Assembly (NCBI GenBank): GCA_036229005.1
Contig: JAZAMN010000036.1
Location: 1-64,000 of the forward strand
Source of the DNA: Myxococcota bacterium
GTDB lineage: Bacteria > Myxococcota_A > UBA796 > CAJQPC01
Direction: 5' to 3'
Length of the DNA: 64,000 bases
Below, one piece after another: positions 9,340 through 17,638 of the stretch (the stretch's first letter is position 1; every line of letters starts with the position of its first letter). Made by a program: the position numbers and the translations under genes. The notes under the pieces were generated by a model. That model ran no database searches, was not told the origin of the DNA, and was given only the letters and a program-made list of their open reading frames with translations.

Positions 9340-10788
9340 CTATCGCTGCATGCCGACGGGGCCGCTGGGATCCCAGGTGCGGGAGCCGGCGCGGTGGTCC
9401 ATTCCCAGGAGGAAGAACTCGAAGTCGTTGGGGTTGTTGTCTTCGTAGGCGCCCGGGGGAGCGGGGACCTCGTCGGGCGCCATGGGGCGGACAAGGCGGG
9501 GGGTCACGAAGATCATCAGCTCGGTCTCGTCCCGCTCGTGCTTGGTGTAGCGGAAGATGGAGCCCAGGATCGGGATCTCACCCAGGATGGGGATGCTGGA
9601 CTTGGTGTAGCGCATGCCCTCGGAGATCATGCCCGCCACCGCGAAGGTCATGCCGTTCCGGACCCGCAGGTGGGTGGAGGTCTTGCGGCTGAGGAAGCCG
9701 GGGATCTCGATGCCGGTGATCCGGGTGGAGGTGCTGTTGTCGACCTCGCTGACCTCGAAGTACATCCGCATGTCGATCACCTCGCCGCCCAGGACGGTGG
9801 GGACGAACTGGAGCTTGACCCCGTACTCCTTGAACTCCAGCGTGATGCGGTTGTTGTTCTGGGCCACGGGGACGGGGATCTCGCCGCCCGCCAGCAGCTC
9901 GGCCTCCTGACCGGAGAGCACCACCAGGGTGGGCTCGGCCTTGATCTTGGTGATGTCGTGCTGCTCCAGCACGGAGAGGATCGCGGCCAGGTCGACGCCC
10001 TCTCCCAGGAGCAGGGGGATGGCGAAGGCGCCGCTGCCGGAGGAGAGCGCGGTGCCGCTGTTGACCAGGGTCTGGAAGTTGTCGCCGTCCACGGCGTCCG
10101 GCATGGTGATGCTGGCGCGGTCGCCGGTGGTGCCGGGGTTCACGGAGCCGGTCATGACGCCGGGGCCGTAGGTCTCGCTGCCCCAGAGCCAGTTCAGGCC
10201 CATCTCGCGGGTCGCGGTGCGGCTGACCTCTGCGAAGGTGACCTCGAGCTGGACCTGGTGGTCTCCTCGGACAGTGAGGAGGTTGACGAACTCGGGGTCG
10301 TAGATGGCGGCCACCGCGGCGATGCGCTCCAGGGTGGGCAGGTCGGCGACGCTGCCCTCCAGGACGATGCGGCCCTCCATGGGGTAGGCCCGGGGCGGGG
10401 TCGCGTTGTCCCCGACGATGTCGCCGATGCGGCGGACGAGGTCCGAGAGGTCGCGGTGCACGGTGAGCTCGATGACGGAGGGGTGCTCCACGTCATCGCG
10501 GTACCAGATCCAGAGGTCGGTGCTGCCGACCTCCTTGCCGCGGATCTGGAACTGGCCCTCCTCCAACAGGCGCACCTCGGCGACCTCGTTGTTGGAGATC
10601 AGCACCCGGTGGAAGGGGCGGCCGCTCTTCTGGATGGTGGACTGGCCGACCTCGACCTCGAGCCAGGTCTTCCGGGCCTCCTGTGCTTGCGCGGTCTGGG
10701 GCGCCAGGGTGGCTCCCAGCCCAACCGCCAGGCCCATGCCCAGCACAATCGCCTTTGCTGCTGCCTTCATTGCGCGCATCTGCTGCAT
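9340..10788 (-). CDS. cpaC: Tad secretin CpaC/RcpA
   Basis: QVQLEVTFAEVSR, AEPTL, LAGGEIPVP, IPILGEIPILGSIF and ELMIFVTP motifs. Confidence 0.95.
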   Translation of the reverse strand: MQQMRAMKAAAKAIVLGMGLAVGLGATLAPQTAQAQEARKTWLEVEVGQSTIQKSGRPFHRVLISNNEVAEVRLLEEGQFQIRGKEVGSTDLWIWYRDDVEHPSVIELTVHRDLSDLVRRIGDIVGDNATPPRAYPMEGRIVLEGSVADLPTLERIAAVAAIYDPEFVNLLTVRGDHQVQLEVTFAEVSRTATREMGLNWLWGSETYGPGVMTGSVNPGTTGDRASITMPDAVDGDNFQTLVNSGTALSSGSGAFAIPLLLGEGVDLAAILSVLEQHDITKIKAEPTLVVLSGQEAELLAGGEIPVPVAQNNNRITLEFKEYGVKLQFVPTVLGGEVIDMRMYFEVSEVDNSTSTRITGIEIPGFLSRKTSTHLRVRNGMTFAVAGMISEGMRYTKSSIPILGEIPILGSIFRYTKHERDETELMIFVTPRLVRPMAPDEVPAPPGAYEDNNPNDFEFFLLGMDHRAGSRTWDPSGPVGMQR

Positions 10789-10811
10789 CCTTGGATCAGT
10801 GCTTGGGGGGT

Positions 10812-11825
10812 TCAGCGACGGCCGCGACGGCCCTCTTCGATCACCCGGCCGTCCTCACCGACGGTGTAGTCGGTCTTGTCGTCGCCCTGGATCACCTCGG
10901 CGCCCACCGCAGGGGCCTCCGTGGTCGGCTTGGTGGGGCGGGAGGTCCGACCGCCGGTGCGGGGCTTGATGGGGGAGGGGGGCGCGGCCTCGGGGTCGTC
11001 CAGACCGATCAGGCTGTCCACCCGCTTGCCGTTGGTGGTGATCTGGTTGATGTCGATGTCGGCCCGGAGCGCCAGCACGATGTCGCCCTTGGCCTGGGCC
11101 AGCGCGATCTGCTCGGCCTCCTCCGGGGTGACCTCCAGCGTGACGGTGCGCTTGCCCTTGACCACCCCGGCAGACTTGCTCTGCTGCTTCTTCTTGGTGG
11201 TGGCCTTCTTGCCCTTGGCGTCGCCCTTCTCGGTCTCGTCGCCGTAGTTGCCCTGCATGCTGTCGCCGATGGCCAGGACCTTGATGCCCTGCAGCAGGAT
11301 CTTGGAGACCGCGCGGGAGTTGACGGCCTCCTTGTCGTCGGGCTTGATGACCACGATGACGTCGACGTAGTTCAGGGGCTGGATGAAGCCGGCCACCGCC
11401 TCTTCGGCCTTGACGGCGATCGAGACGGCGCGCTTTCCGGGGGTGATGAGGGCGTTGAGGCCCACACCGGACTCGGCCCGGGCCAGGCGCTCAGCGCGGA
11501 GGATCTCCTGCGCCAGGACCCGCTCCTTGGGGATGCGGCCCATCACGGCGTCCTTGGAGGTGAAGGTCACGTCCGCGGGGACGATCTCAGGGACCAGCTT
11601 GACGACCGCGACGTCGTCCTCGCCGATGGGGAGGCCCATGTAGAGGTTGCGGGCTGCCACGACGACGTCGACGGTCTCCTGCGGCTTGCTGGCCTCCGCG
11701 AGCTGGTTCTCCGCCCGCCGGAGGAGCTGGACCACCAGGAAGACGGCCAGGGCGGCGGCGACAACGGACACGCCGAGGAAGATGTAGGCGCGTCCACGGC
11801 CACCGGTCTGCTGACGCTGCTGCAT
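10812..11825 (-). CDS. cpaB: Flp pilus assembly protein CpaB/RcpC
   Basis: N-terminal TM, SAF domain (VVVAARNL), GKRAVSI, VAGFI..VDV and TVTLEVTPEEA motifs; GGAG SD before ATG 11825. Confidence 0.92.
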   Translation of the reverse strand: MQQRQQTGGRGRAYIFLGVSVVAAALAVFLVVQLLRRAENQLAEASKPQETVDVVVAARNLYMGLPIGEDDVAVVKLVPEIVPADVTFTSKDAVMGRIPKERVLAQEILRAERLARAESGVGLNALITPGKRAVSIAVKAEEAVAGFIQPLNYVDVIVVIKPDDKEAVNSRAVSKILLQGIKVLAIGDSMQGNYGDETEKGDAKGKKATTKKKQQSKSAGVVKGKRTVTLEVTPEEAEQIALAQAKGDIVLALRADIDINQITTNGKRVDSLIGLDDPEAAPPSPIKPRTGGRTSRPTKPTTEAPAVGAEVIQGDDKTDYTVGEDGRVIEEGRRGRR

Positions 11826-12010
11826 GCTGGGTCTCCAAGGTCCGGGCCAGTATAGGCCCATCGGGGTGCTGTGCGGGGGTTTCAGACCCTTTCGCCGCGC
11901 GGTCCAGGACTAGCTATTGCGCCGTGGAGGCGCATGCAGGGGGGAGTGTCCCCAAGCGACAGACTCTCAGGGGGTGGTTTCTTACACCAACAGGCCCAGG
12001 CCCCCGGAAC

Positions 12011-12050
12011 ACAAAAGAAAAGAGGCCAGTCGCGCTGGCGACTGACCTCT
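12011..12050 (-). terminator. Intrinsic terminator after flp
   Basis: Minus-strand 13-bp stem AGAGGTCAGTCGC/GCGACTGGCCTCT (one G-U pair), 4-nt loop, then TTTCTTTT. Confidence 0.8.
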
Positions 12051-12094
12051 CTCTGTCTTCGACCGTGTGGGAGATGGCTCCCACACCGCGTGGC

Positions 12095-12262
12095 TCAGGA
12101 AGCGGCGGTGTTCACGGTGGAAGCGACGTTGCTGAACAGGGTGTCCAGGGAGCCGCCCAGGGCGGTGAGGGCGGCGATGATGGCGACGGCAACCAGGCCG
12201 GCGATCAGGCCGTACTCGATAGCGGTGGCGCCGGACTCGTCCTGAATGAATGCCTTGATCAT
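12095..12262 (-). CDS. flp: Flp family type IVc pilin
   Basis: MIKAFIQDESG|ATAIEYGLIAGL Flp motif; AAGGAG SD. Confidence 0.96.
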   Translation of the reverse strand: MIKAFIQDESGATAIEYGLIAGLVAVAIIAALTALGGSLDTLFSNVASTVNTAAS

Positions 12263-12374
12263 TGTGAACTCCTTACGCCGCCAAGCGCGGCTTGTTTTCT
12301 TTGCTTCAAGCGGGGGGACCGTCGCCCCACACCCAGAAGGTACCCAAGGGAATCGGACAGAGCAAGGGAAGTCG

Positions 12375-12405
12375 TGACATTCGGAGACAAAAAACATGAC
12401 ATTCG
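12375..12405. promoter_or_regulatory. Direct repeat TGACATTCG x2 upstream of flp, candidate regulator site
   Basis: Exact 9-mers at 12375-12383 and 12397-12405 (22-nt period), with an extra GACA at 12386. Confidence 0.45.
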
Positions 12406-12443
12406 CTTACCACTGGTCGCTGGATGGAGCGGAAAGCCAGGGT

Positions 12444-13532
12444 TCAAACGTTGATGTTGAGCTCCCTGAGCGCTGTCTTACGCCACCCAGAAAGTCTCGA
12501 CATGTCTCTAAAGGTCACGCGATCCTCCCCGGGGGTGAGCAGCTCAGGAGCGATCCCCAGCTCGAACCCCCGACGCGCCACGGCCGCCTTGAAGGCCAGC
12601 TCCCGGACGTTCTGGCTGGCCTCCTGCCGGCGGTCAGGGGGCTCGTAGCGCTCGGGGTGCGCTTGGATGAGGGCCAGCAGGGGCTCCCCGTGGTCTCGCA
12701 TCACGCGCTTGGGGAAGCGGCGGTTCTCCGCCATCTGCGCGGTGCTCTGAGGGCGGCGCCGCACCAGATCGAGCAGGAGTCCGTTGGACAGGACCTGGTG
12801 GGGAGGCTGGTTGGCCTCGAAGGCGTGCTGCTCTCTCCAGGCCGCTATCGCCTGCAGGAGCTCCAGATCGGCGCCGCGCAGCACCCGGGCGGCCCCCAGC
12901 CGGCGCCAGGCCTGATCGAAGCGGACCGGGGAGAGCGCACTCTCCATCCGCTCCTGGGTGCACTCGGCGGCCCAAGCGCGGGACTCAGGGGAGAGCCGGG
13001 CGGTGAGGGCGGCCTCCAGGGCGTGCAGGTGCAGCACATCGTCGGCGGCGTAGGCCATCTGCTGGGCGGACAGCGGGCGCTGCTTCCAGTCGGAGAGGGT
13101 GGACTGCTTGGGGAGCGCGATGTCCAGCACCTCGCGGATGAGCTCGCCCAGGGAGCGCGGGAAGCCCAGAGCGGCGAAGCCGGCCAGGACCTGGGTGTCG
13201 ATCACCGCCTGAGGCCGGAGGCCCAGGTCGCTCTGGAGCAGGGGGAGGTCCTGGCCCGGGGCGTGGAAGAGCAGGGTCCCCCGGGAGAGGACCCGACCCA
13301 GCGGGCGGAGATCCCCCAGCGCGCGCGGATCCACGAGCACGGGGGCCTGGTCCGACAAGCGGAGCTGGATCAGCATCAGCCGAGGCCGGTAGCGGAACTC
13401 GGAGTGGAACTCCGTGTCGATGGCGACGGTCCGCCCGGCCGCGATCCCGCTCTCCAGGCGCTGGAGGAGCTGTTCGAGGGCGTCCGGGGTGTCGATGAGC
13501 TCGGGCGCTACCACGACCACCCGGTCCGCCAC
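12444..13532 (-). CDS. rnd: Ribonuclease D (DEDD exonuclease + HRDC)
   Basis: AIDTEF, DTQV, SDWKQRPLS..Q..YAADDV, WRE and GWR motifs. Confidence 0.9.
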   Translation of the reverse strand: MADRVVVVAPELIDTPDALEQLLQRLESGIAAGRTVAIDTEFHSEFRYRPRLMLIQLRLSDQAPVLVDPRALGDLRPLGRVLSRGTLLFHAPGQDLPLLQSDLGLRPQAVIDTQVLAGFAALGFPRSLGELIREVLDIALPKQSTLSDWKQRPLSAQQMAYAADDVLHLHALEAALTARLSPESRAWAAECTQERMESALSPVRFDQAWRRLGAARVLRGADLELLQAIAAWREQHAFEANQPPHQVLSNGLLLDLVRRRPQSTAQMAENRRFPKRVMRDHGEPLLALIQAHPERYEPPDRRQEASQNVRELAFKAAVARRGFELGIAPELLTPGEDRVTFRDMSRLSGWRKTALRELNINV

Positions 13533-14098
13533 TCCCCACCGTGGGCGGGGGCGATCCAGCGGGTGCTGTGGAGGGTCTGCCCCAGGGTACGCACGCGCAG
13601 GTGCAGCACCTTGTGGCGGGCGTGCTCGAGGCGCTGCAGCTCGACCCAGCTATCCCAGTCGCCGGGCTGGATCAGCTCCAGCAGGCCATCCTGGGGGGGC
13701 GTGGGCTCGGTGAGGTCGCCCAGGCTTTCGAAGAGGGGCAGCAGCAAGTGGGCGAGGTCCTCCCGGGAGCGGCCGTAGACCACCGCGTGCCCGTCCGGGT
13801 TCAGGTGCACCGCCACGCGGGCGGTGTCTGGGAGCAGCTCCGGGGCCACCATCACGCTGCCCGGCAGGGCCTCGCGCTCGGCCTCGGACAGGGGGCGGTC
13901 AGCCAGCAGGTACTCGCCATCCCCCAAGGAGGTGAGCTCCCCGCCCAGATCGCGCAGGGCCTCGAGCATGCGCTCCGGTGTGACGGGCTGCAGAGACAGG
14001 GACAGGACCTGCCCGCCTTCCTCGTGGACGGCGTAGGTCGGAGTCTGTTCTTCCTGTTCAGGTCCTGCGTTCACTTGGCGCCTCGACCCAGCCACCAT
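13508..14098 (-). CDS. Hypothetical protein
   Basis: Protein-like C-terminal part of ORF 13508..15451; overlaps the rnd start; start could be ATG 14098 or GTG 14074. Confidence 0.55.
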   Translation of the reverse strand: MVAGSRRQVNAGPEQEEQTPTYAVHEEGGQVLSLSLQPVTPERMLEALRDLGGELTSLGDGEYLLADRPLSEAEREALPGSVMVAPELLPDTARVAVHLNPDGHAVVYGRSREDLAHLLLPLFESLGDLTEPTPPQDGLLELIQPGDWDSWVELQRLEHARHKVLHLRVRTLGQTLHSTRWIAPAHGGEWRTGWSW

Positions 14099-14131
14099 AC
14101 CCTCCCGAGCCTGGCCCCGATAGGACTCCAC

Positions 14132-15136
14132 ATGCTCTCGACACTCGCGCTGCTCTCGCCGCTCCTCGCCTGCACCCAGAGTCCACAGAGGGGGGAGGGG
14201 ACCGTGGTGTCCTTGGGGTTGGAGGCCCAACTTCCGGCGGCCGAGGCCCTCGCAGCAGCAGACACAGACGGTGACGGCGAGGACACGCTGTACCGCTTCG
14301 CTGGCGGGACCCTGAGCTGGGGAGAGGGCCAGAGCGCCGAGCTTGGGGGGACCTGGCAGGCCTGGGCGCGGGGAGACATCGACAGCGACGGCCGGGAGGA
14401 GCTCCTGGTGGCCACGGGCGTGGGGCGGGCGGATCGCAGCGCGCCGGTTCGGATCTGGTCGGTTGACGACGAGGGGACGGAGCTGCTGCTGGAGCAGGCG
14501 GGTGGGCGCGCGCAGGTGCCGGATCTGCGGGTGATCGACGGGCGCATCTGGGTGGCGCTGTTCACGGAGGGCACGCAGGTGGCGGGCGGCTGGCTGGTCG
14601 ACGGGGCGGTGGAGCCGGTGCATCAGGGGAACCTGGCCGTGCAGCAGCTTCCGGTCGGGGATCAGGTGGTCGTGGGGCGGATCTATGGGGACACGCCCAA
14701 GTCTGACGGGGATCTCAAGGTGCACGGGGCCCAGGTCCGGGACCTGGGGAGCTTTCGGGGCGTGCGCACGCTGCGGGCGGCGGACCTGAACGGCGACGGC
14801 GCCGAGGAGCTGCTGGTGGGAGACGGCTGGCACTACGCCTACGGGCAGCAGGCGGTGGCGCGGCTGGGGCTCTTCGAGGGGCCTGATTGGAGCGCGCAGC
14901 GCACTCTGACCCAGCTCCCCGGCGACTACTCGATCCGCGACATCCAGGTGATGGACGGGCGCATCCTCTTGGTGGGGACCAGCAGCGTGCACCTGCTCCA
15001 GCCGGACGCGCTGGGCTGGCACGACACGGTGGTGGGGACGGTGAGCGAGCAGGGGAGCGCGGTGTTCCTGCGGGGCGCCGAGCCGGCGATCGCGGTCTCC
15101 GGGGATCCGGTCAGGGTCTTCCCGCTGGTGCCCTGA
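14132..15136 (+). CDS. FG-GAP/VCBS-repeat lipoprotein
   Basis: Lipobox LLAC; repeats DTDGDGEDTL, GDIDSDGREELLV and ADLNGDGAEELLVG. Confidence 0.8.
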   Translation: MLSTLALLSPLLACTQSPQRGEGTVVSLGLEAQLPAAEALAAADTDGDGEDTLYRFAGGTLSWGEGQSAELGGTWQAWARGDIDSDGREELLVATGVGRADRSAPVRIWSVDDEGTELLLEQAGGRAQVPDLRVIDGRIWVALFTEGTQVAGGWLVDGAVEPVHQGNLAVQQLPVGDQVVVGRIYGDTPKSDGDLKVHGAQVRDLGSFRGVRTLRAADLNGDGAEELLVGDGWHYAYGQQAVARLGLFEGPDWSAQRTLTQLPGDYSIRDIQVMDGRILLVGTSSVHLLQPDALGWHDTVVGTVSEQGSAVFLRGAEPAIAVSGDPVRVFPLVP

Positions 15137-16045
15137 GTGCCGCTGAACTCCCGACACCTGCGGCCTCGCTCGCGCACCCGCCTGGACCCCGACCTGCGGC
15201 AGGCCTGGAGCTGGGGGGATCCGAGCCGGGTGGCCCAGGAGATCGGCGGGCAGGGTCGGGTGCTCTGCCACATTGATGGGGGGGAGGTCGCCCTGGAGCT
15301 CGCGCTCTCTGGGGCGCACGTGGTCGCCGTCGGGGATGAGCCCGCGCGGCAGCTCCTGGCCCTCAAGTGCGCCGCCGCGCAGCTCTCCCACGTGGAGGCG
15401 CTGCAGCTGATGGGGCGCCTGGAGGCGGGGCGGCGGGTGCACATCTACCACCAGCTCCGGGGGAGCCTGCCGGCCGCGACGCGCCGCTACTGGGACCGCT
15501 TTGAGGGGACGCTGCGGATCGGCCTGATGGACAACGGGGGGCTGGAGCGGCGCCTGGCACGGATCCGTCCGGTGCTGCAGCGCCTCTGGCCAGCGGGGGC
15601 GGGGCTCTTCGAGGAGGAGGAAGCGGATCTGCTCGCCGGACTACGCGGGTCCCTACGTTGGCGGCTTCTGGATGGACTGCAACCCTTGCCTGGGCTGCGC
15701 CTGCAAGTCGAGGACATGCTGGAGCGGGGCACGGCGCGGCGCTGTGGGGCGCTGGCCTGGCTGCTCTTTGGGGAGCTGCACAGCCTGGAGGGGCTGGAGT
15801 GGAGCTGGCTGGATCCGCGGCGCTTTCCGGAGCTGCAGGAGGCGGCGGGGCGCATCGAGATCCGCAGCGAGCCTCTGGACGTGCTGCTGCCGGGGCACGA
15901 GCGGGTGTACCTGGGGAGCGCGCGGCCGCAGCTTCCGCTTGAGGGCAAGGCCTGTGTTGGGTTCGGGCCGCCGCTGAAGGGGGCGCGCAGTGAGGCCGCC
16001 CGGGGCCTGCTGGGGCCTATGCTGAGTCGGCCACCGGCAGGCTGA
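15137..16045 (+). CDS. Divergent DUF3419/BtaA-like protein
   Basis: WGD..., VVAV...QLLALKCAA and RRYWD...IGL...GGLER resemble BtaA-family motifs, but the SAM-binding region is degenerate and the protein is short. Confidence 0.55.
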   Translation: MPLNSRHLRPRSRTRLDPDLRQAWSWGDPSRVAQEIGGQGRVLCHIDGGEVALELALSGAHVVAVGDEPARQLLALKCAAAQLSHVEALQLMGRLEAGRRVHIYHQLRGSLPAATRRYWDRFEGTLRIGLMDNGGLERRLARIRPVLQRLWPAGAGLFEEEEADLLAGLRGSLRWRLLDGLQPLPGLRLQVEDMLERGTARRCGALAWLLFGELHSLEGLEWSWLDPRRFPELQEAAGRIEIRSEPLDVLLPGHERVYLGSARPQLPLEGKACVGFGPPLKGARSEAARGLLGPMLSRPPAG

Positions 16046-16877
16046 TCTGCACCTGGAAGCCGGTGCCCGAGGTGGAGGTGAGCTCCACGTTGCCGCCCAG
16101 GTCTTCCACCCGCCCGCGCAGTGAGCCGATGGAGAAGCGGCTGCTGATGGCCAGGGGGGCGTCGTTGGAGAGGTCGATCTGGACGGTGTCCCGCAGGCGG
16201 ATCGCGGTGAGCTGTGCGCGCTGGGCGCCCTGGTCGGCGGCGGAGAGCATCATCTCCAGCAGGCCTCGCCCGAGCTCGGAGGTGGACATGGGCACGGGGG
16301 GCAGGTCGGGGTCGGACTGGATGCTGACCCGGAGCGGGGTCTTGGCCTCCACGAGCTGCGCGGCGGAGGCGGCTGCGGCCACGACGCTGCCCAACCGGGC
16401 GTCCTGACGCAGCAGGACCCGGCCGTAGCGGAGCAGCAACGACAGCTCCTCGCGGGTGGGACCGGGTTTGAGCCGGCGTACGACCACCGACACGGCGTCG
16501 AGGGTTGTGGACGCAGTGAGCAGGGCCGCAGAGCTCCTCCTCTCCTTGCGCTTGAGGTGGGCGCTCAGCATGCGGGTCCCGTCGGAGCGCCGGATGGGCA
16601 GGGTCAGCCAGTCGGCGGCGCCCGCTCGGAGGGTGCGGCGCACGAGCTCGGGGTTGTCGGGGCCCAGGATGACGAGGTCGGCGCCGTGGAGTGCGTGCCG
16701 CAGCGACAAGGCCTCGCGCTCCAGGGTGGCGAGGACGAGCGCGGGGCGGTGCTGTTCGACCAGGGCCAGGGCGCCGGCGCGGTCGTGGGCCACGTGGAGG
16801 TCCAAGGGGAGGCCCCCGAGCTGGTCTTTGAGCTCGGAGGCCGCCTTGGAGGCGCAATACAGCAGGGTGGGGGTCAC
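16017..16877 (-). CDS. Degenerate receiver + degenerate HATPase-like signalling protein
   Basis: LRAGAADWLTLPI receiver-like segment; C-terminal ..LSNDAP..SIGSLRGRVEDLGGNVELTSTSGTGFQVQISLP resembles a HATPase end; no H-box seen. Confidence 0.6.
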   Translation of the reverse strand: MTPTLLYCASKAASELKDQLGGLPLDLHVAHDRAGALALVEQHRPALVLATLEREALSLRHALHGADLVILGPDNPELVRRTLRAGAADWLTLPIRRSDGTRMLSAHLKRKERRSSAALLTASTTLDAVSVVVRRLKPGPTREELSLLLRYGRVLLRQDARLGSVVAAAASAAQLVEAKTPLRVSIQSDPDLPPVPMSTSELGRGLLEMMLSAADQGAQRAQLTAIRLRDTVQIDLSNDAPLAISSRFSIGSLRGRVEDLGGNVELTSTSGTGFQVQISLPVADSA

Positions 16878-16901
16878 GGCGGGAGTGTACCTTTGGCGCC
16901 C

Positions 16902-17477
16902 TCAAGCCGCCTGTGGCAGGAAGTCCTTCCACTCCTCGGGCACGCTGCGTCGGGCGAACAAGAGCTGCATCCCTTCGTACGCGCTGGGCTTTCGGGGGAT
17001 GGTGCGCAGGGGCATCTGGGCCTCTTCGGGGAGCCGGGCGCCCTTGCGCTGGTTGCAGGGGCGGCAGGCAGCGACGAGGTTCTCCCAGGAGCTCACCGGC
17101 ACCACCTTCCCGCTCCAGGGCAGACGCACCTGGCCGCGGCGCGCCTGGGCGCGGGGGACGACGTGGTCCAGGGTGAGCTGGCTGCGGGCGATCTGCCCCA
17201 GGTGGTTGTGCGGCTGCACCCCGCAGTACTGGCAGGTCCAGGCGTCGCGGGCCAGGACGTTGCTGCGGTTGAAGCGCAGCTTGCCCCGGTGCGATGCGTA
17301 GCGGGTGAGGGTGACCACCGCCGGCCAGGGCAGGACCATGGTCTGGGAGCGGATCAGGCGCCCCTCGTAGTCGACGACCATGTAGGCCTTGTCGTCCAAC
17401 AAGAGGCCGACCGCCCGCTGCCAGTCCAGGACCCGGACGGGGGTGTAGTCGGCGTTCAGCAGCAGTACGTCGAGCAT
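16902..17477 (-). CDS. HNH endonuclease (McrA-like, HNH_5 type)
   Basis: VLLLNADY, RDAWTCQYCG, TLDHVVPR and WENLVAACRPCNQRKG motifs. Confidence 0.92.
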   Translation of the reverse strand: MLDVLLLNADYTPVRVLDWQRAVGLLLDDKAYMVVDYEGRLIRSQTMVLPWPAVVTLTRYASHRGKLRFNRSNVLARDAWTCQYCGVQPHNHLGQIARSQLTLDHVVPRAQARRGQVRLPWSGKVVPVSSWENLVAACRPCNQRKGARLPEEAQMPLRTIPRKPSAYEGMQLLFARRSVPEEWKDFLPQAA

Positions 17478-17638
17478 CCTTCGTCTCTCCTGTGTGGCGT
17501 AGGGTAGACACGTCAAGCTACACGGCGAAGTCCCTTGTCTGTGACGAAATGGAGGCTGAAGCGTCTCTTTGGGGCAGCGAGGGGCGGCGAGCGAGCGATT
17601 GACAACCCACAGGTCACAGGCGGGGTTATGCTTGGGCC

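Noticed and set aside
7780..10869. 1029-aa plus-strand ORF (and similar ones at 37815-41537 +, 47644-50460 -, 17513-19810 -)
   Set aside because: Antisense shadows of well-supported genes, expected in high-GC DNA; no recognisable motifs
4080..12262. Identity with the Myxococcus Kil predation system
   Set aside because: No FHA-domain genes or FHA-fused ATPase are visible; the layout looks like a canonical cpaB-C-E-F-tadBC cluster
12263..12443. c-di-GMP riboswitch upstream of flp
   Set aside because: I could not find the GEMM consensus elements by eye; an Rfam/Infernal search would be needed
16902..17477. HNH gene as a mobile homing or restriction element
   Set aside because: Resembles the widespread stand-alone HNH family; no intron, flanking repeats or DNA methyltransferase adjacent
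17599..17632. TTGACA...TATGCT as a canonical sigma70 -35/-10 pair
   Set aside because: Spacer is 22 nt, too long; only the -10-like element was kept
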